64,000 nt of DNA. Origin: a virus. The notes under the pieces are model-generated. The model was not told where the DNA came from. It was given only the letters and a program-made list of their open reading frames with translations, and did no database searches. Position 1 is the first letter of the stretch. Each line of letters starts with the position of its first letter. Below are positions 26,314 to 35,766 of the stretch, piece by piece. Both the position numbers and the translations under genes were made by a program. Location: the IMG/VR virus record IMGVR_UViG_3300036861_000275, positions 1 to 64,000 of that record. One strand, written 5' to 3'.

Positions 26314-27245
26314 TGCCGACCGCAAATGTGGTGCTCGATTACCCGTTCTAGGCCGGCTGGCAGCGGGATCGTAGCCTCCCACCCGAGGTTATTCAGTCGA
26401 TCCGTGTTCAAGCACTCGACGTAGCCGTTCTGGCTTCTGTCGATATTCAGGACCCGGGGCGTCACTTTGCCGCCGGTTAACTTACACACCAGGTCAGCCA
26501 CCTCCAGAACTGAATAGGTCATGGCGGAGGCGCAGTTATACGATCCTCTCGCGTCCTTGTTGGCCACCGCCTCGGCTAGGATCATGTACGCCCTCACGAC
26601 GTCATCGACATGGATGTAGCTCTTACGCGGGCTTCCGTCAGAGTTGATGACCGGGGATACCCAGCGTAGAGCCGACGAAACCGCGCTTGGGATCAGATGG
26701 TTGGAATGCGGATCGAGCTCGCCATAGGCATTGACATGCCGCAGGTTTGCCACCGGTAACCCATCGAGGGCCGCTTGGCTCACCAGTATGTCAGCCGCGG
26801 CCTTAGTAGCGCCGTATACGTCCACCGGGCGCAGCATATACTGCTCAGTCATCGCGGCGCCTGCATAGTTCCCGTACACACGATCAGACGATGCGAAAAC
26901 AGCAGCCTTCAAAGTAGGCTGGCCGTCTATCCGGATACTAGATAAAACATCATGCGCGGCCTGAACGTTCGCCAGGAATGCCCTCCCTGGATCATCTTTA
27001 CACTTATGCACGTCCACCGCTCCGGCCAGGTGAAATATGATTTCCGTTCCCCCAATATACTTCAAGCCTCGATAGACCGGCACGTCGCCAAGACCAAGGG
27101 CGGTCCATGCCCGACTGTCGCACACTAGATCACGGCCGGACACGACCGCGCCGGTATCTACCAGAACCTTAACCAAGTGCGATCCCACGAACCCGACACA
27201 CCCGGTCACAACCACTCCCTTGCCGCGCCAGAATGCGCTAGTCAT
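26310..27245 (-). CDS. NAD-dependent NDP-sugar epimerase/4,6-dehydratase
   Basis: VVTGCVGFVG, ASSDRVYG, YGATK, YIHVDDVV. Confidence 0.9.
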   Translation of the reverse strand: MTSAFWRGKGVVVTGCVGFVGSHLVKVLVDTGAVVSGRDLVCDSRAWTALGLGDVPVYRGLKYIGGTEIIFHLAGAVDVHKCKDDPGRAFLANVQAAHDVLSSIRIDGQPTLKAAVFASSDRVYGNYAGAAMTEQYMLRPVDVYGATKAAADILVSQAALDGLPVANLRHVNAYGELDPHSNHLIPSAVSSALRWVSPVINSDGSPRKSYIHVDDVVRAYMILAEAVANKDARGSYNCASAMTYSVLEVADLVCKLTGGKVTPRVLNIDRSQNGYVECLNTDRLNNLGWEATIPLPAGLERVIEHHICGRH

Positions 27246-27850
27246 ATCTTCACCTTTTTCCCTAGCGGAATACCGTGTAAGATCCCGAGGACATCCCGAA
27301 TGTATTCGCGTAGCCGGACCGCAGCGAACCACAGCCGCTCAAACCAGATAGCTTCCATCATGTAGACCGTATAGCCTTTGCTCCGGTCAGCCGGCCTGTA
27401 GTGAGCCTTCGCCCATCTGCGTGTGTCGAGGGTTCTCTCCAGGGCCTCGAGTTGTGAATCTCGGTTACCCTCTATGAATACCACCCCGCCGATAGCAAGC
27501 CTCCGGAAATGGTCGGACTGTGTAGTGCCGTCCACCACCAGAAAGTCATACAGGCAGTCGCCTGGTCCTAGACAAATCCGCAGACGAACTTCCTTCCCCC
27601 GTGGCAGGTTCTGACTTAACTGGGTACGGCACCAAGGTTCCGGTTCTTCGGCCACAATACGGGTATGCCGTGGGGCGGCCCGCATGATAATCGACGTCAA
27701 CGTCCCGATGCCGGCGCCTACTTCGTACACAAAATGAGGTTGGCAGCAGCGTATCCACCAGTCCAGACCCTCGCACGCGAAGACAGTAGCAATCTGCTCA
27801 GAGCCGGCTCGGCTAGCGAAATCCGCTCGGACTTCCGCTGGCGTCATCAT
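27242..27850 (-). CDS. SAM-dependent methyltransferase-like protein
   Basis: YEVGAGIGTLT, YDFLVVDG, GGVVFIE. Confidence 0.7.
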   Translation of the reverse strand: MMTPAEVRADFASRAGSEQIATVFACEGLDWWIRCCQPHFVYEVGAGIGTLTSIIMRAAPRHTRIVAEEPEPWCRTQLSQNLPRGKEVRLRICLGPGDCLYDFLVVDGTTQSDHFRRLAIGGVVFIEGNRDSQLEALERTLDTRRWAKAHYRPADRSKGYTVYMMEAIWFERLWFAAVRLREYIRDVLGILHGIPLGKKVKI

Positions 27851-29115
27851 CGGACTAAGCCGGCGATTAGCGTTGCTAGTCTCCTGGCCGTGTGTCCGTC
27901 AGTCTGAACTACGGACTGTGCATTATGGATAAGTCCGGATGCCAGCCATTTCGGCATTGTTCTATGAACTCGCGCTAGTACGGCCTGTTCTAGTTGCTCT
28001 TGCGTCTTGGCTACGACGACACCTGGCCAATCAGTAACGGCCTTCATATGCTCAAAGCCGGCATGGTCCAGGAGATCACCGGTCTCTCGGTCTCCGCCCT
28101 CACTACCGCCAGTTGATGGCCCATAACTGACCAGGATGGACGGAGTGCCTTGAAGCGCCGCCTCGATCACCAGAGTCGAGAATGCCGTAACAACCACCTT
28201 CACCTTGCCCAGCATCCCGCGCAGAGGCCCCGGCGCGCTAGCACCGGTATCCAGGTATACGCCGAGATCTCGCCATGCTCGCGATTGCTCGACAAGATCG
28301 GCCTTCGATCGGCCCTGTAGCCGGCGAGGGTGTAACCTATACCAGACCCTAAATCTGCGTTTCCTTGCCAGGTTAGCCAGATCCCTGACTAGGCCCTCCT
28401 CGTCCCGCATATAGGCTATAGACGTACCGGCCACAAGCACTATCGGTGGTTTGCCTGGTAGCAACCTTTTATTTATAGCCTCCGATGCTGGGGCGTCTAG
28501 GCGCAGCGATCCAATGATATGCACTTTGTCTGAGTCGAATCCGTGACAAAGAGCATGCGCTAAGGACGCCTTACCCCACACCGCGACGTGGTCAGGCTTG
28601 ACTAGATAACTACCCTTCGATGTTAACGTATCCCAGGAAGCAACGATGCCGAGAGTCGGGATACCTAGGCGCCTTGCGGACTTGAACAGATCCGCCTCTT
28701 GGCCGCGGTAAATATCCGTGACCGCAACTATGACGTCAGGTTGAAGCACTTTGAGCGCTTGCACGGTCAGTCTACGTACCGGGATCAGCTTTTCGATACT
28801 CCTAGCAAGCCGCTCGCCGTCGCGCACATACCGATCAACAAGACTACATAGCCAGATCTCAAGCCGGAGTCGTGTTGCTCTACGCCTGCCCAGCTTCGTC
28901 TTGGCCGTCACAGAACCGTGTCGTTCCCAGGCGGTATAGATGAGAGTCCTGAGAATCCGACGCCGCAGCCAGGATACCGGAGCCGGCGCTTGCACGTCTT
29001 TGTCTAACAGATGTTCCGCCGTGATGCCGGCTCCAGATAGATAGTAATCCATCTTCGCCTGGTACCAGTCGCGCTCCAGGGCCTCGCTCCCTAAGTAGAC
29101 TAGAACTCGTTTCAT
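27847..29115 (-). CDS. GT-B-fold protein, candidate nonulosonate/glycerophosphate transferase
   Basis: ARRLGIPT...SWDTLTSKG, VAVWG, YRLHPR, STLVIEAALQGTP. Confidence 0.7.
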   Translation of the reverse strand: MKRVLVYLGSEALERDWYQAKMDYYLSGAGITAEHLLDKDVQAPAPVSWLRRRILRTLIYTAWERHGSVTAKTKLGRRRATRLRLEIWLCSLVDRYVRDGERLARSIEKLIPVRRLTVQALKVLQPDVIVAVTDIYRGQEADLFKSARRLGIPTLGIVASWDTLTSKGSYLVKPDHVAVWGKASLAHALCHGFDSDKVHIIGSLRLDAPASEAINKRLLPGKPPIVLVAGTSIAYMRDEEGLVRDLANLARKRRFRVWYRLHPRRLQGRSKADLVEQSRAWRDLGVYLDTGASAPGPLRGMLGKVKVVVTAFSTLVIEAALQGTPSILVSYGPSTGGSEGGDRETGDLLDHAGFEHMKAVTDWPGVVVAKTQEQLEQAVLARVHRTMPKWLASGLIHNAQSVVQTDGHTARRLATLIAGLVR

Positions 29116-29390
29116 GGCCTAGGAGGGCTATTGATTTCGATCCAGGCTCGCGCGCCCCATGGTAGAGGCTTGTTTTTGTCGTACACCACCCGACCCATCA
29201 CGCCCTCGTGCCCACATTGCTGACAGACGGCAGTGAGCGGTATCTGGTGGGCGTAATCCTGTTTACCGTACTTGCCATTACTGATTCGCAGCGGTGGCTT
29301 ATTCTCGCCTCGCTTGAGGTTCGAGATGATGGTGTTTTTGCAGACAGTGATGTAGATCAGAAAGCTCTTCACGGCTGGCAAACTGGACAC
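29112..29390 (-). CDS. Hypothetical phage protein
   Basis: VVYDKNKPLPWGARAWIE motif. Confidence 0.6.
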   Translation of the reverse strand: MSSLPAVKSFLIYITVCKNTIISNLKRGENKPPLRISNGKYGKQDYAHQIPLTAVCQQCGHEGVMGRVVYDKNKPLPWGARAWIEINSPPRP

Positions 29391-29578
29391 GGTACCATAT
29401 CGTGTTCAGTCTCGGGGTCTGCGCAGCAGCAGGTGTCCTCGAAACAGTCATCAAGGACGATGCCTTCTCCGCCGCATTCGTAGCACTCGTCTCCGTCATA
29501 CTCATCCGGCCATTCTTCGGTCCCGTTTGTCTCATCAATGGCATCGTCAGAGTATCGCGGATCATCCGGATTCATCAC
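29369..29578 (-). CDS. Small acidic Cys-rich protein
   Basis: CYECGGEG...DCFEDTCCCADP...CPVC. Confidence 0.65.
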   Translation of the reverse strand: MMNPDDPRYSDDAIDETNGTEEWPDEYDGDECYECGGEGIVLDDCFEDTCCCADPETEHDMVPCPVCQP

Positions 29579-29582
29579 ACCA

Positions 29583-30470
29583 TCACCTTACCTGATGATT
29601 GTCCGCGTGGGCAACAGGAAACTGCTGGATGCGTAGGTCCTCTGGCCATTCGGCCGGATCGCTGCCTTTGCGGTCGCGGATATTGACTGTCTCGATCCTT
29701 CCGCTAGCCGTAAGGTCGCTGTCGTAGACATTAGCCCCTAGCTGCTTGACGAACACTGGTACGCCGTAGCATTGTGCAACCACATCGCGAATCCAGTCGA
29801 GGTCGCATGGTCTAGCGTGAGGCCCGCTCTCGCCGCCTATGATGACCCACTGCTGGGTGCCTTTGTAGGTGAGCCACGTCTTGGGGATCTCGACAGGGCC
29901 TAGCAGCGGCTCTATCGAGAGAAACTGCACGGCGGCCGGCGTAGCTTGCAAGTCGGATATGCGCTGGTCCATGGCGGCCTGATTCTCGATAGAGACGCCG
30001 AGCCAGACGTTAGGGAGGACCGGATAGCCGCGGCGCTGCATAGTCTGCATCGACTCCATCATCCGCTCGGGCCGCTTCGTGAGGACCTGGTAGGTGTGTC
30101 GCGGCGTGTGTTCCATCACGCTGAAGATGGCGTCGATCCACCCGTCCTCGACCTTCTCGTGGAACAGGTCGGACATGGAGTTGACGAAAATCCTCTTGGG
30201 CGATTTCCAGCGGAGCGGTAGATCTAAGGCTTCTTCGATGAACCGGACCTCGCCGGTCCAGCGGGCAACCGTAGCGCTTTCGCCTGTCCCGTCTTCTACG
30301 ATGCGCTTACGTCGGGCAAGCCCCTCGTATGGCTGGCCCGGACCAGAGAACCGAGCGGCGATCACCTCGGCATAGCAGTTACGACAACCCTCGGAGACGC
30401 GAGAACATCCTCTGATTGGATTCCAAACCATATCCGTCCAGGAGATTGAGGTCTTACCGGCCACTGGCAA
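29583..30470 (-). CDS. Phage Gp37/Gp68 (DUF5131) radical-SAM-like protein
   Basis: ISWTD..WNPIRGCSRVSEGCRNCYA, IFVNSMSDLFH, LTKRPERM, WVIIGGESG, VFVKQLG. Confidence 0.93.
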   Translation of the reverse strand: MPVAGKTSISWTDMVWNPIRGCSRVSEGCRNCYAEVIAARFSGPGQPYEGLARRKRIVEDGTGESATVARWTGEVRFIEEALDLPLRWKSPKRIFVNSMSDLFHEKVEDGWIDAIFSVMEHTPRHTYQVLTKRPERMMESMQTMQRRGYPVLPNVWLGVSIENQAAMDQRISDLQATPAAVQFLSIEPLLGPVEIPKTWLTYKGTQQWVIIGGESGPHARPCDLDWIRDVVAQCYGVPVFVKQLGANVYDSDLTASGRIETVNIRDRKGSDPAEWPEDLRIQQFPVAHADNHQVR

Positions 30471-31446
30471 CTCGGTCTTCGAGATCCATCACGATCCGTA
30501 GGCCCGCTTTACCATCCGCCCATCCTAGATACCGTTCGATGTACTCCTGCCGGGCCGACTCAATCATCCCGAATGGCACGAATCCGTACGCGGCTTCGTA
30601 GCGCATGCCAGTTCCGGGCCAACTGTAAAAGTTACGCTCAGACCAGGGATTGAAGTCCACACCTCGGCCGGCGTAAGCGTTCCATCCTCGCGGCGCTACA
30701 TTCCAGGACGGAACATTAGCAAGCACGGCCTCAGCCACTCCAGAGGAGCAATGGTGAATGAAGAGCCCGGCCCGGTTCAACAGCGTCACCGGGTCCTGAT
30801 TGGCTACTACGTCGGCAGCGTCGCGCGTGTACTCCGGCAGATACACCTTGTCGCGGGCCGAAACCACCAGCGGCCAGCCTAGCTTGTCGGCAGCCTGCCT
30901 GGCCGCCTTCACAGTCCGCCGATCCTCGAACTGCATCTTGAGCCAGAAAAGACTGTCAAGGTGGTGCGCGCCCCATGGGAACGGGTAGTAGAGTACCGAT
31001 TTCGGCGGTAGCGGTAGCGGATCGGTGGGCCCACTCATAGGATGCCCGACCGGGACGAAGTTTCTAGGAAACAGCCTTTCCTGCCGTTCCTGCCAGAAGC
31101 CTAGCCATGCCGAGCTCCAAGAGTACACGACGTCCCAGTGCTCTGGGTTCAGATAAACCAGATCCGACCACGAAGTCTGGAGTGCGGCGCATATCCCACC
31201 GATGCCGCGAGGATCAATGTCTAGAGCTGCTGGAACCAGCCAGGCGTCCATGGCCGGTGTCAAGTCATCCGGACCGCGGTAGTGGACCCAGTATGGCAGG
31301 CGCTCTCTGCTAACCGTGTGCTTGGCGTCACCCGGCTTGGGTCGACCTAGCACATAGACATCATGCCCACGTGCCGTGGCTACTAATGCTGTCCCCTCGC
31401 ACCAGCGCCATTGATTAGCTCGCCTGATTACGATGCCTAACTTCAT
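30454..31446 (-). CDS. Divergent GT-B-like protein, candidate sugar transferase/hydrolase
   Basis: FVPVGHP, HCSSGVAEAVLANVP, YIERYLG.ADGKAG.RI; embedded among neu genes. Confidence 0.55.
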   Translation of the reverse strand: MKLGIVIRRANQWRWCEGTALVATARGHDVYVLGRPKPGDAKHTVSRERLPYWVHYRGPDDLTPAMDAWLVPAALDIDPRGIGGICAALQTSWSDLVYLNPEHWDVVYSWSSAWLGFWQERQERLFPRNFVPVGHPMSGPTDPLPLPPKSVLYYPFPWGAHHLDSLFWLKMQFEDRRTVKAARQAADKLGWPLVVSARDKVYLPEYTRDAADVVANQDPVTLLNRAGLFIHHCSSGVAEAVLANVPSWNVAPRGWNAYAGRGVDFNPWSERNFYSWPGTGMRYEAAYGFVPFGMIESARQEYIERYLGWADGKAGLRIVMDLEDRVASGR

Positions 31447-32504
31447 ACCAGGTAGCTCCACATGATCGTACTGCCGGCCGGAATATCGACGGCCACACGA
31501 CGGCCTATCAGATACACTTCGTCCGGCGGCTCGAACCCGCCTAGGACGGATGGTCGGCGATAGTCGAAATCATCGCACTTGATAGTATCGCCAGCGTGCA
31601 GCGTGCTACTTGCGAAGGCGCAGCGCCTAGCGGCGGCTTGGCTATAACGTTCGGCCGGGAGGATACGTTTCCTCTCCGGCTTACCTATCGACGTCCAGAC
31701 ATTGTGCATGGCAAGCACAAAATCCCGAGCCTCGTTTGGCGCTACGGCCGTCGACTGCTCAGGTCCAGCGCTGTGACGATCTAGCGTCAAGTTTTTTTCG
31801 ATCATAGAGGCGCCGAGGGCCACTGCGGCGGCATCCACATGCCAGCTCCGAATGTGCGATGAGTAACCGATAGCAGCCTCCGGAAAAGCAGCCATCAAGA
31901 CAGGTATCTGAGACAGGTTGACTCGACGCATCGCGGCTGGGTACCCACCCGCTACTTGGTGTATCATCACTTCGCTGGCGGCATCAATAACGGCGTTGAC
32001 CGAGCGCTCTAATTCTCCCAGCGTTGCGTGCCCGGTATCGAGCAGGATAGGCTTCATAGTCCTAACAGCGATACACCGAATCAATTCCGTGTTTGTGATG
32101 TCGCCAGAGCAGATCTTGATCGCTTTAACCTTGGCTGCGATGGCTGTATCTAGGGAAGTCTCGGCATTGTCGACCGTCGCGATCAGGTCGAGCCCTAACT
32201 CCTCGCAGCGCGCCCCGACGATCTTCCATTCATCACGGGTCAATGTCCGCCGCTGGAGAGCCGCCCGTTGAGATTCCTCGCGTTCGACACCATCGGCATC
32301 GGTAAAGTGGACTACGGGAGCGCCTCCGATCAATGTATCCACATCCAATATCTGGACCTTGAGAGCGTCGGCGCCGGCATTGGCCGCACACTCTGCCAGT
32401 CTCATGGCAGACATCAGACCTGACATGGTCCCGCCGATTTCAAACGTGATATACGGCGCGAGATCCGATCCTAGCGTCTTGTAGCCTATTCTGATGGTAG
32501 CCAT
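31443..32504 (-). CDS. neuB: Divergent NeuB-family synthase with C-terminal SAF domain
   Basis: ADALKVQ, KICSGD, GYSSH, IEKNLTLDR; C-terminal LHAGDTI...RRP..G...DIPAGSTI. Confidence 0.85.
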   Translation of the reverse strand: MATIRIGYKTLGSDLAPYITFEIGGTMSGLMSAMRLAECAANAGADALKVQILDVDTLIGGAPVVHFTDADGVEREESQRAALQRRTLTRDEWKIVGARCEELGLDLIATVDNAETSLDTAIAAKVKAIKICSGDITNTELIRCIAVRTMKPILLDTGHATLGELERSVNAVIDAASEVMIHQVAGGYPAAMRRVNLSQIPVLMAAFPEAAIGYSSHIRSWHVDAAAVALGASMIEKNLTLDRHSAGPEQSTAVAPNEARDFVLAMHNVWTSIGKPERKRILPAERYSQAAARRCAFASSTLHAGDTIKCDDFDYRRPSVLGGFEPPDEVYLIGRRVAVDIPAGSTIMWSYLV

Positions 32505-33019
32505 GTGTCTCCCGCAATAGAAAAGTAGAGACTGTCCCACAGCTTTCCGTTCCAGAACTTGCGGCGTGGTAGCGTCGTGGTGTAGGCGGATAATCTTTCG
32601 GCTATAGTCTTCCAGAAGACTACAGCGTCAGTATTACAGGTGTACACCTCTCCGTACACAGTCTCCAGACGCATCCGCATGAACGCTTCCACCAGTATCG
32701 CTTCCACGGTTCTGCTACCGTACCTAGTCCCGCTATGCCTATACCTAGGGGCTACGATGAGGCTGATTTCAGCAGAGCCGTTCTCTGGCGAGATGTCGGT
32801 CAAGCCCGCCATCCCCAGGAAGTCATGTTGTCGGACAGCCCAATACCTGTGGCGACTCAATGGGTTACAGACCACGTTACGGTAAAACTCGCGTTGCGAC
32901 TCTGGCGTAGAGAGCGTGGCGGTGCGTAGCGCCCCTCGAACACCATTGCGCCACGCCGCTACTTCAACACACTCCTCTTCCGAGAGCGCATCTAGCCGAA
33001 TGTTAACAGGCGGAATCAA
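32486..33019 (-). CDS. GNAT N-acetyltransferase, PseH-like
   Basis: VAAWRN, AEISLIVAPRYR, VYGEVYTCN; located between neuB genes. Confidence 0.8.
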   Translation of the reverse strand: MIPPVNIRLDALSEEECVEVAAWRNGVRGALRTATLSTPESQREFYRNVVCNPLSRHRYWAVRQHDFLGMAGLTDISPENGSAEISLIVAPRYRHSGTRYGSRTVEAILVEAFMRMRLETVYGEVYTCNTDAVVFWKTIAERLSAYTTTLPRRKFWNGKLWDSLYFSIAGDTWLPSE

Positions 33020-33819
33020 GGCCGAACCTGATATGGAACCATAGGCTGTTCACACTCCTGTAGGCGTTTCACTCCGTGTCCTACCATCGCCTCGGCGTGA
33101 CGGATGAATTGAACGTACTCTGCCAGAGACTGTGGGTCGTGCGCAACAGCATAATCCGCGTTCGTGGATGGCGTATCCTCCAGTCGGGCATGGACTTCGA
33201 TGATCTCTGCTCCGGCAGCCACAGCCAGACCACCGGTCGTACGTAGTCTAGTATGGTCACTGAAGCCTACTGGCACCGGCGCCAGCATTCGGCGTAGCTG
33301 ATAGATGGCGTCGAGGTGCACGTCTCGGGGAGGCGTCGGATAGGCAGAAACGCAATGCAAGACTCCTCCCAGGTTGCCCACCTGGGCAACCGCCGATGCC
33401 ACATCGTGGATGTCCAGCATACCGGTGGACAGCAGTATCGGCGTGCCAGGAAACCGGTCGTGCGCCCGAATGAAGACCGTATCCCTCGCCTCGAAGCTGG
33501 CTATCTTGAACTGCTTGACTAGCGGCGCCACCGCTTCTATATCTTTCGGGAGGTAGACGGTGCACATAAAATCGAGGCGGGTTTCGTGCGCCATGAAGGC
33601 TATTTCGTTGAGCCAGGTCCCCGGGAATTCTATCAGCTTGTAGGCGTCCAGGTACTCAGGGGCCCGCCGTCGCTCACAGATAGCCTTGGCGTCGGACGTC
33701 CATTGAAACTTCACGGCGTCGGCTCCGGCAGCCTTGGCGTTGGCAACGTGGGCCCGCACCATGTTTCGGTCACGCATGTGCGTGCTGCCGACTTCCGCTA
33801 TGATGTATGTCTGGCTCAT
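33016..33819 (-). CDS. neuB: NeuB/PseI-family synthase (short form)
   Basis: IIAEVG, ADAVKFQ, KIASFE, LSTGM, HCVSAYP, GFSDHT, IEVH. Confidence 0.9.
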   Translation of the reverse strand: MSQTYIIAEVGSTHMRDRNMVRAHVANAKAAGADAVKFQWTSDAKAICERRRAPEYLDAYKLIEFPGTWLNEIAFMAHETRLDFMCTVYLPKDIEAVAPLVKQFKIASFEARDTVFIRAHDRFPGTPILLSTGMLDIHDVASAVAQVGNLGGVLHCVSAYPTPPRDVHLDAIYQLRRMLAPVPVGFSDHTRLRTTGGLAVAAGAEIIEVHARLEDTPSTNADYAVAHDPQSLAEYVQFIRHAEAMVGHGVKRLQECEQPMVPYQVRP

Positions 33820-34757
33820 CCCAACATTCCTTTCAGGACATTCGGGTCTAGCTTCCTCGCGGTGCGGCTTGATACTTCTCCTCTCACGGCGCCCACTGTC
33901 GCATCGGTGGATTTAATGACGTAGTGTTCAAAATCAACCCCGTACACAGAGTTTATGAGCGTCGCGCGTCTAGCCTCGTCCGCCGAGATGACTACTTCAT
34001 GGAGTTTTTCTCCGGCCCGCAAAGGAATTCGGCGCTGTTTGGCTCCAGGCGCCACTACTTCAGCTAGTGTCGCCAGACTTGCAGACTCCATCGCCGGGAT
34101 GTATACCTCCCCTCCTTCCATCAGGCTTATGGCCGCGATCGCGAAGCCCACCACTCGGTCCATCGTGATCCAGAACCGTGTCGCCTCGGGGACGGTGATG
34201 GTGATAGGCAGCCCGGCCGCGGCCTGCCGGCGCCACGTCAGGATAACCGACCCAGCACTACCTAAGACGTTCCCCCAGCGCGTACAGGAGATGCGTGTAT
34301 GAGGGCGCCCCCATTTATTGGCATGGACGGCGTAGAATTCGGCGGCTAGCTTGCTGGCCCCATAAGCAGTGGCCGGGGCAGCTGCCTTGTCGCTGGAGAG
34401 AACCAGCACCTTCGGCACATTGCGTTTTAGGGCCGCCCGGATCACCTGGATAGTCCCGTCTATATTAATCGAATACATCTCGCGCGGGTCATTCCCGTCT
34501 ACGCGCTTCATGGCGGCCGCATGGATGATGGTGTCGATTCTGTGCATGGCGTCGTAGAGCGACTCCGGCGAACGTATGTCGCCGAGAATCCATTCCACCG
34601 TGGCAGGATAGTCCAAGGATTCCCGTAGCTTGGCCTGGACGGATTCATTTCTGGAGTAGGCCACTATCTTCTCGGGCGGCACCTTGGACGCCAGCAGATT
34701 CCTGATGAGCGCGCTCCCGAAAGAGCCCGACGCTCCCGTAATCAGGACTCTCGTCAT
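33816..34757 (-). CDS. pseB: PseB/FlaA1-like UDP-GlcNAc 4,6-dehydratase
   Basis: LITGASGSFG, IHAAAMK.V, SSDKA, YGASK, RWGNVLGSAGSV, TRFWIT, RAGEKLHE. Confidence 0.88.
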   Translation of the reverse strand: MTRVLITGASGSFGSALIRNLLASKVPPEKIVAYSRNESVQAKLRESLDYPATVEWILGDIRSPESLYDAMHRIDTIIHAAAMKRVDGNDPREMYSINIDGTIQVIRAALKRNVPKVLVLSSDKAAAPATAYGASKLAAEFYAVHANKWGRPHTRISCTRWGNVLGSAGSVILTWRRQAAAGLPITITVPEATRFWITMDRVVGFAIAAISLMEGGEVYIPAMESASLATLAEVVAPGAKQRRIPLRAGEKLHEVVISADEARRATLINSVYGVDFEHYVIKSTDATVGAVRGEVSSRTARKLDPNVLKGMLG

Positions 34758-35413
34758 ATCTTGCCCCTGTCGACCAGGGTATTCGCGAACAGAAGGTCGA
34801 CGGCATCGTTCACGTCGACTGACTCTACCGGGTTAACTAAATATGGCACAATACTGAGAGAATCGTACCAGGACTTCGGCTTACGGCACAGCCAATCTGC
34901 TCTAGCCCAGATGACAGTTCCGTCATGCTTAAGAGCGTCACCTGGCCATCCTGCCGCATGAGATAATACCAGTTTACCTTGGCTGTCCAGAAAACACATA
35001 TACCGATAGTCTTGCCTGAATGGCACCATCGACATGACGGCATCCACTGTGCCGTCGTATAGCAATCGAGATTCTACCAGGTGTCGTAGGGTGCGTAATG
35101 GCGACGTCGGCAGGAGTAACGCAAATAGATCCCACTGACCGTGTTTAGGCTGAAGGAACTCTTGAACACATTCCAACGTTCTAGTTGGTTTAGGGTCCTG
35201 TTGTGGGTGTAGGAAGATGTCTTCATATTCCTTAAAACTTTGATCCCAGCCGTCGTATGAGATCGCTATCTCGTCCACGAGCCCCAACCATTTGGCTTGT
35301 CGTGCAATCTTGACCGCTCGACCCACAAGCGTTTCCCCGCCGACTAGGCGGAAGTTTTTGCGGGTTAGCCGTTCCGAATGGATCTTCACCGGGATCACTG
35401 CTAGCGTTCTCAT
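34754..35413 (-). CDS. neuA: NeuA/PseF-family cytidylyltransferase
   Basis: AVIPVK..SERL.RKN, LPTSPLR, SVDVND..DL. Confidence 0.85.
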   Translation of the reverse strand: MRTLAVIPVKIHSERLTRKNFRLVGGETLVGRAVKIARQAKWLGLVDEIAISYDGWDQSFKEYEDIFLHPQQDPKPTRTLECVQEFLQPKHGQWDLFALLLPTSPLRTLRHLVESRLLYDGTVDAVMSMVPFRQDYRYMCFLDSQGKLVLSHAAGWPGDALKHDGTVIWARADWLCRKPKSWYDSLSIVPYLVNPVESVDVNDAVDLLFANTLVDRGKI

Positions 35414-35766
35414 TTTGGCCCTCCGGTAAATTTAGCCACCAGATCATCGACCAGTGCTCGAAACCTGGCCCGCGCCCGGTCAGCCTCAGCCTGCTCCTCG
35501 GCTGTCATTGGTGCCGGTGGCAGCGCCGGATTCTCGATACGCCGACGTTCCCGTATAGCTCTCGCTCGCTCTATGATATCCGGCGCCTGAGGGAAGAATG
35601 TAATCTCCTGCCGGCACCGTTTCAGCGCTGCTAGGACGTCTTCCAAGTCGTATGGCTCAAGATCTTCCCAGTATGCTTCTATGACGTGCCGCTCAAGATC
35701 CCGTTGCTTCACGGACGCCAGTGCCGTCAGCGCCACCACGAACGGCCGCTTATCCTCAGTCTTCAC
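35410..35766 (-). CDS. Replication protein, helicase loader/inhibitor-like
   Basis: YWEDL...VLAAL......FFPQAPDI; follows the initiator-like gene. Confidence 0.65.
   Translation of the reverse strand: MKTEDKRPFVVALTALASVKQRDLERHVIEAYWEDLEPYDLEDVLAALKRCRQEITFFPQAPDIIERARAIRERRRIENPALPPAPMTAEEQAEADRARARFRALVDDLVAKFTGGPK

Noticed and set aside
19453-35413. Host LPS/capsule locus (prophage boundary) or Gtr-type serotype conversion cassette
   Set aside because: Flanked and interrupted by phage genes with the same coupling style; no flippase, polymerase or GtrA/GtrB-like genes seen
19453-35413. DNA hypermodification as the established function of the sugar cluster
   Set aside because: No hydroxymethylase, TET/JBP, dpd/queuosine genes or phage DNA polymerase in the window to provide a base handle; kept only as an alternative
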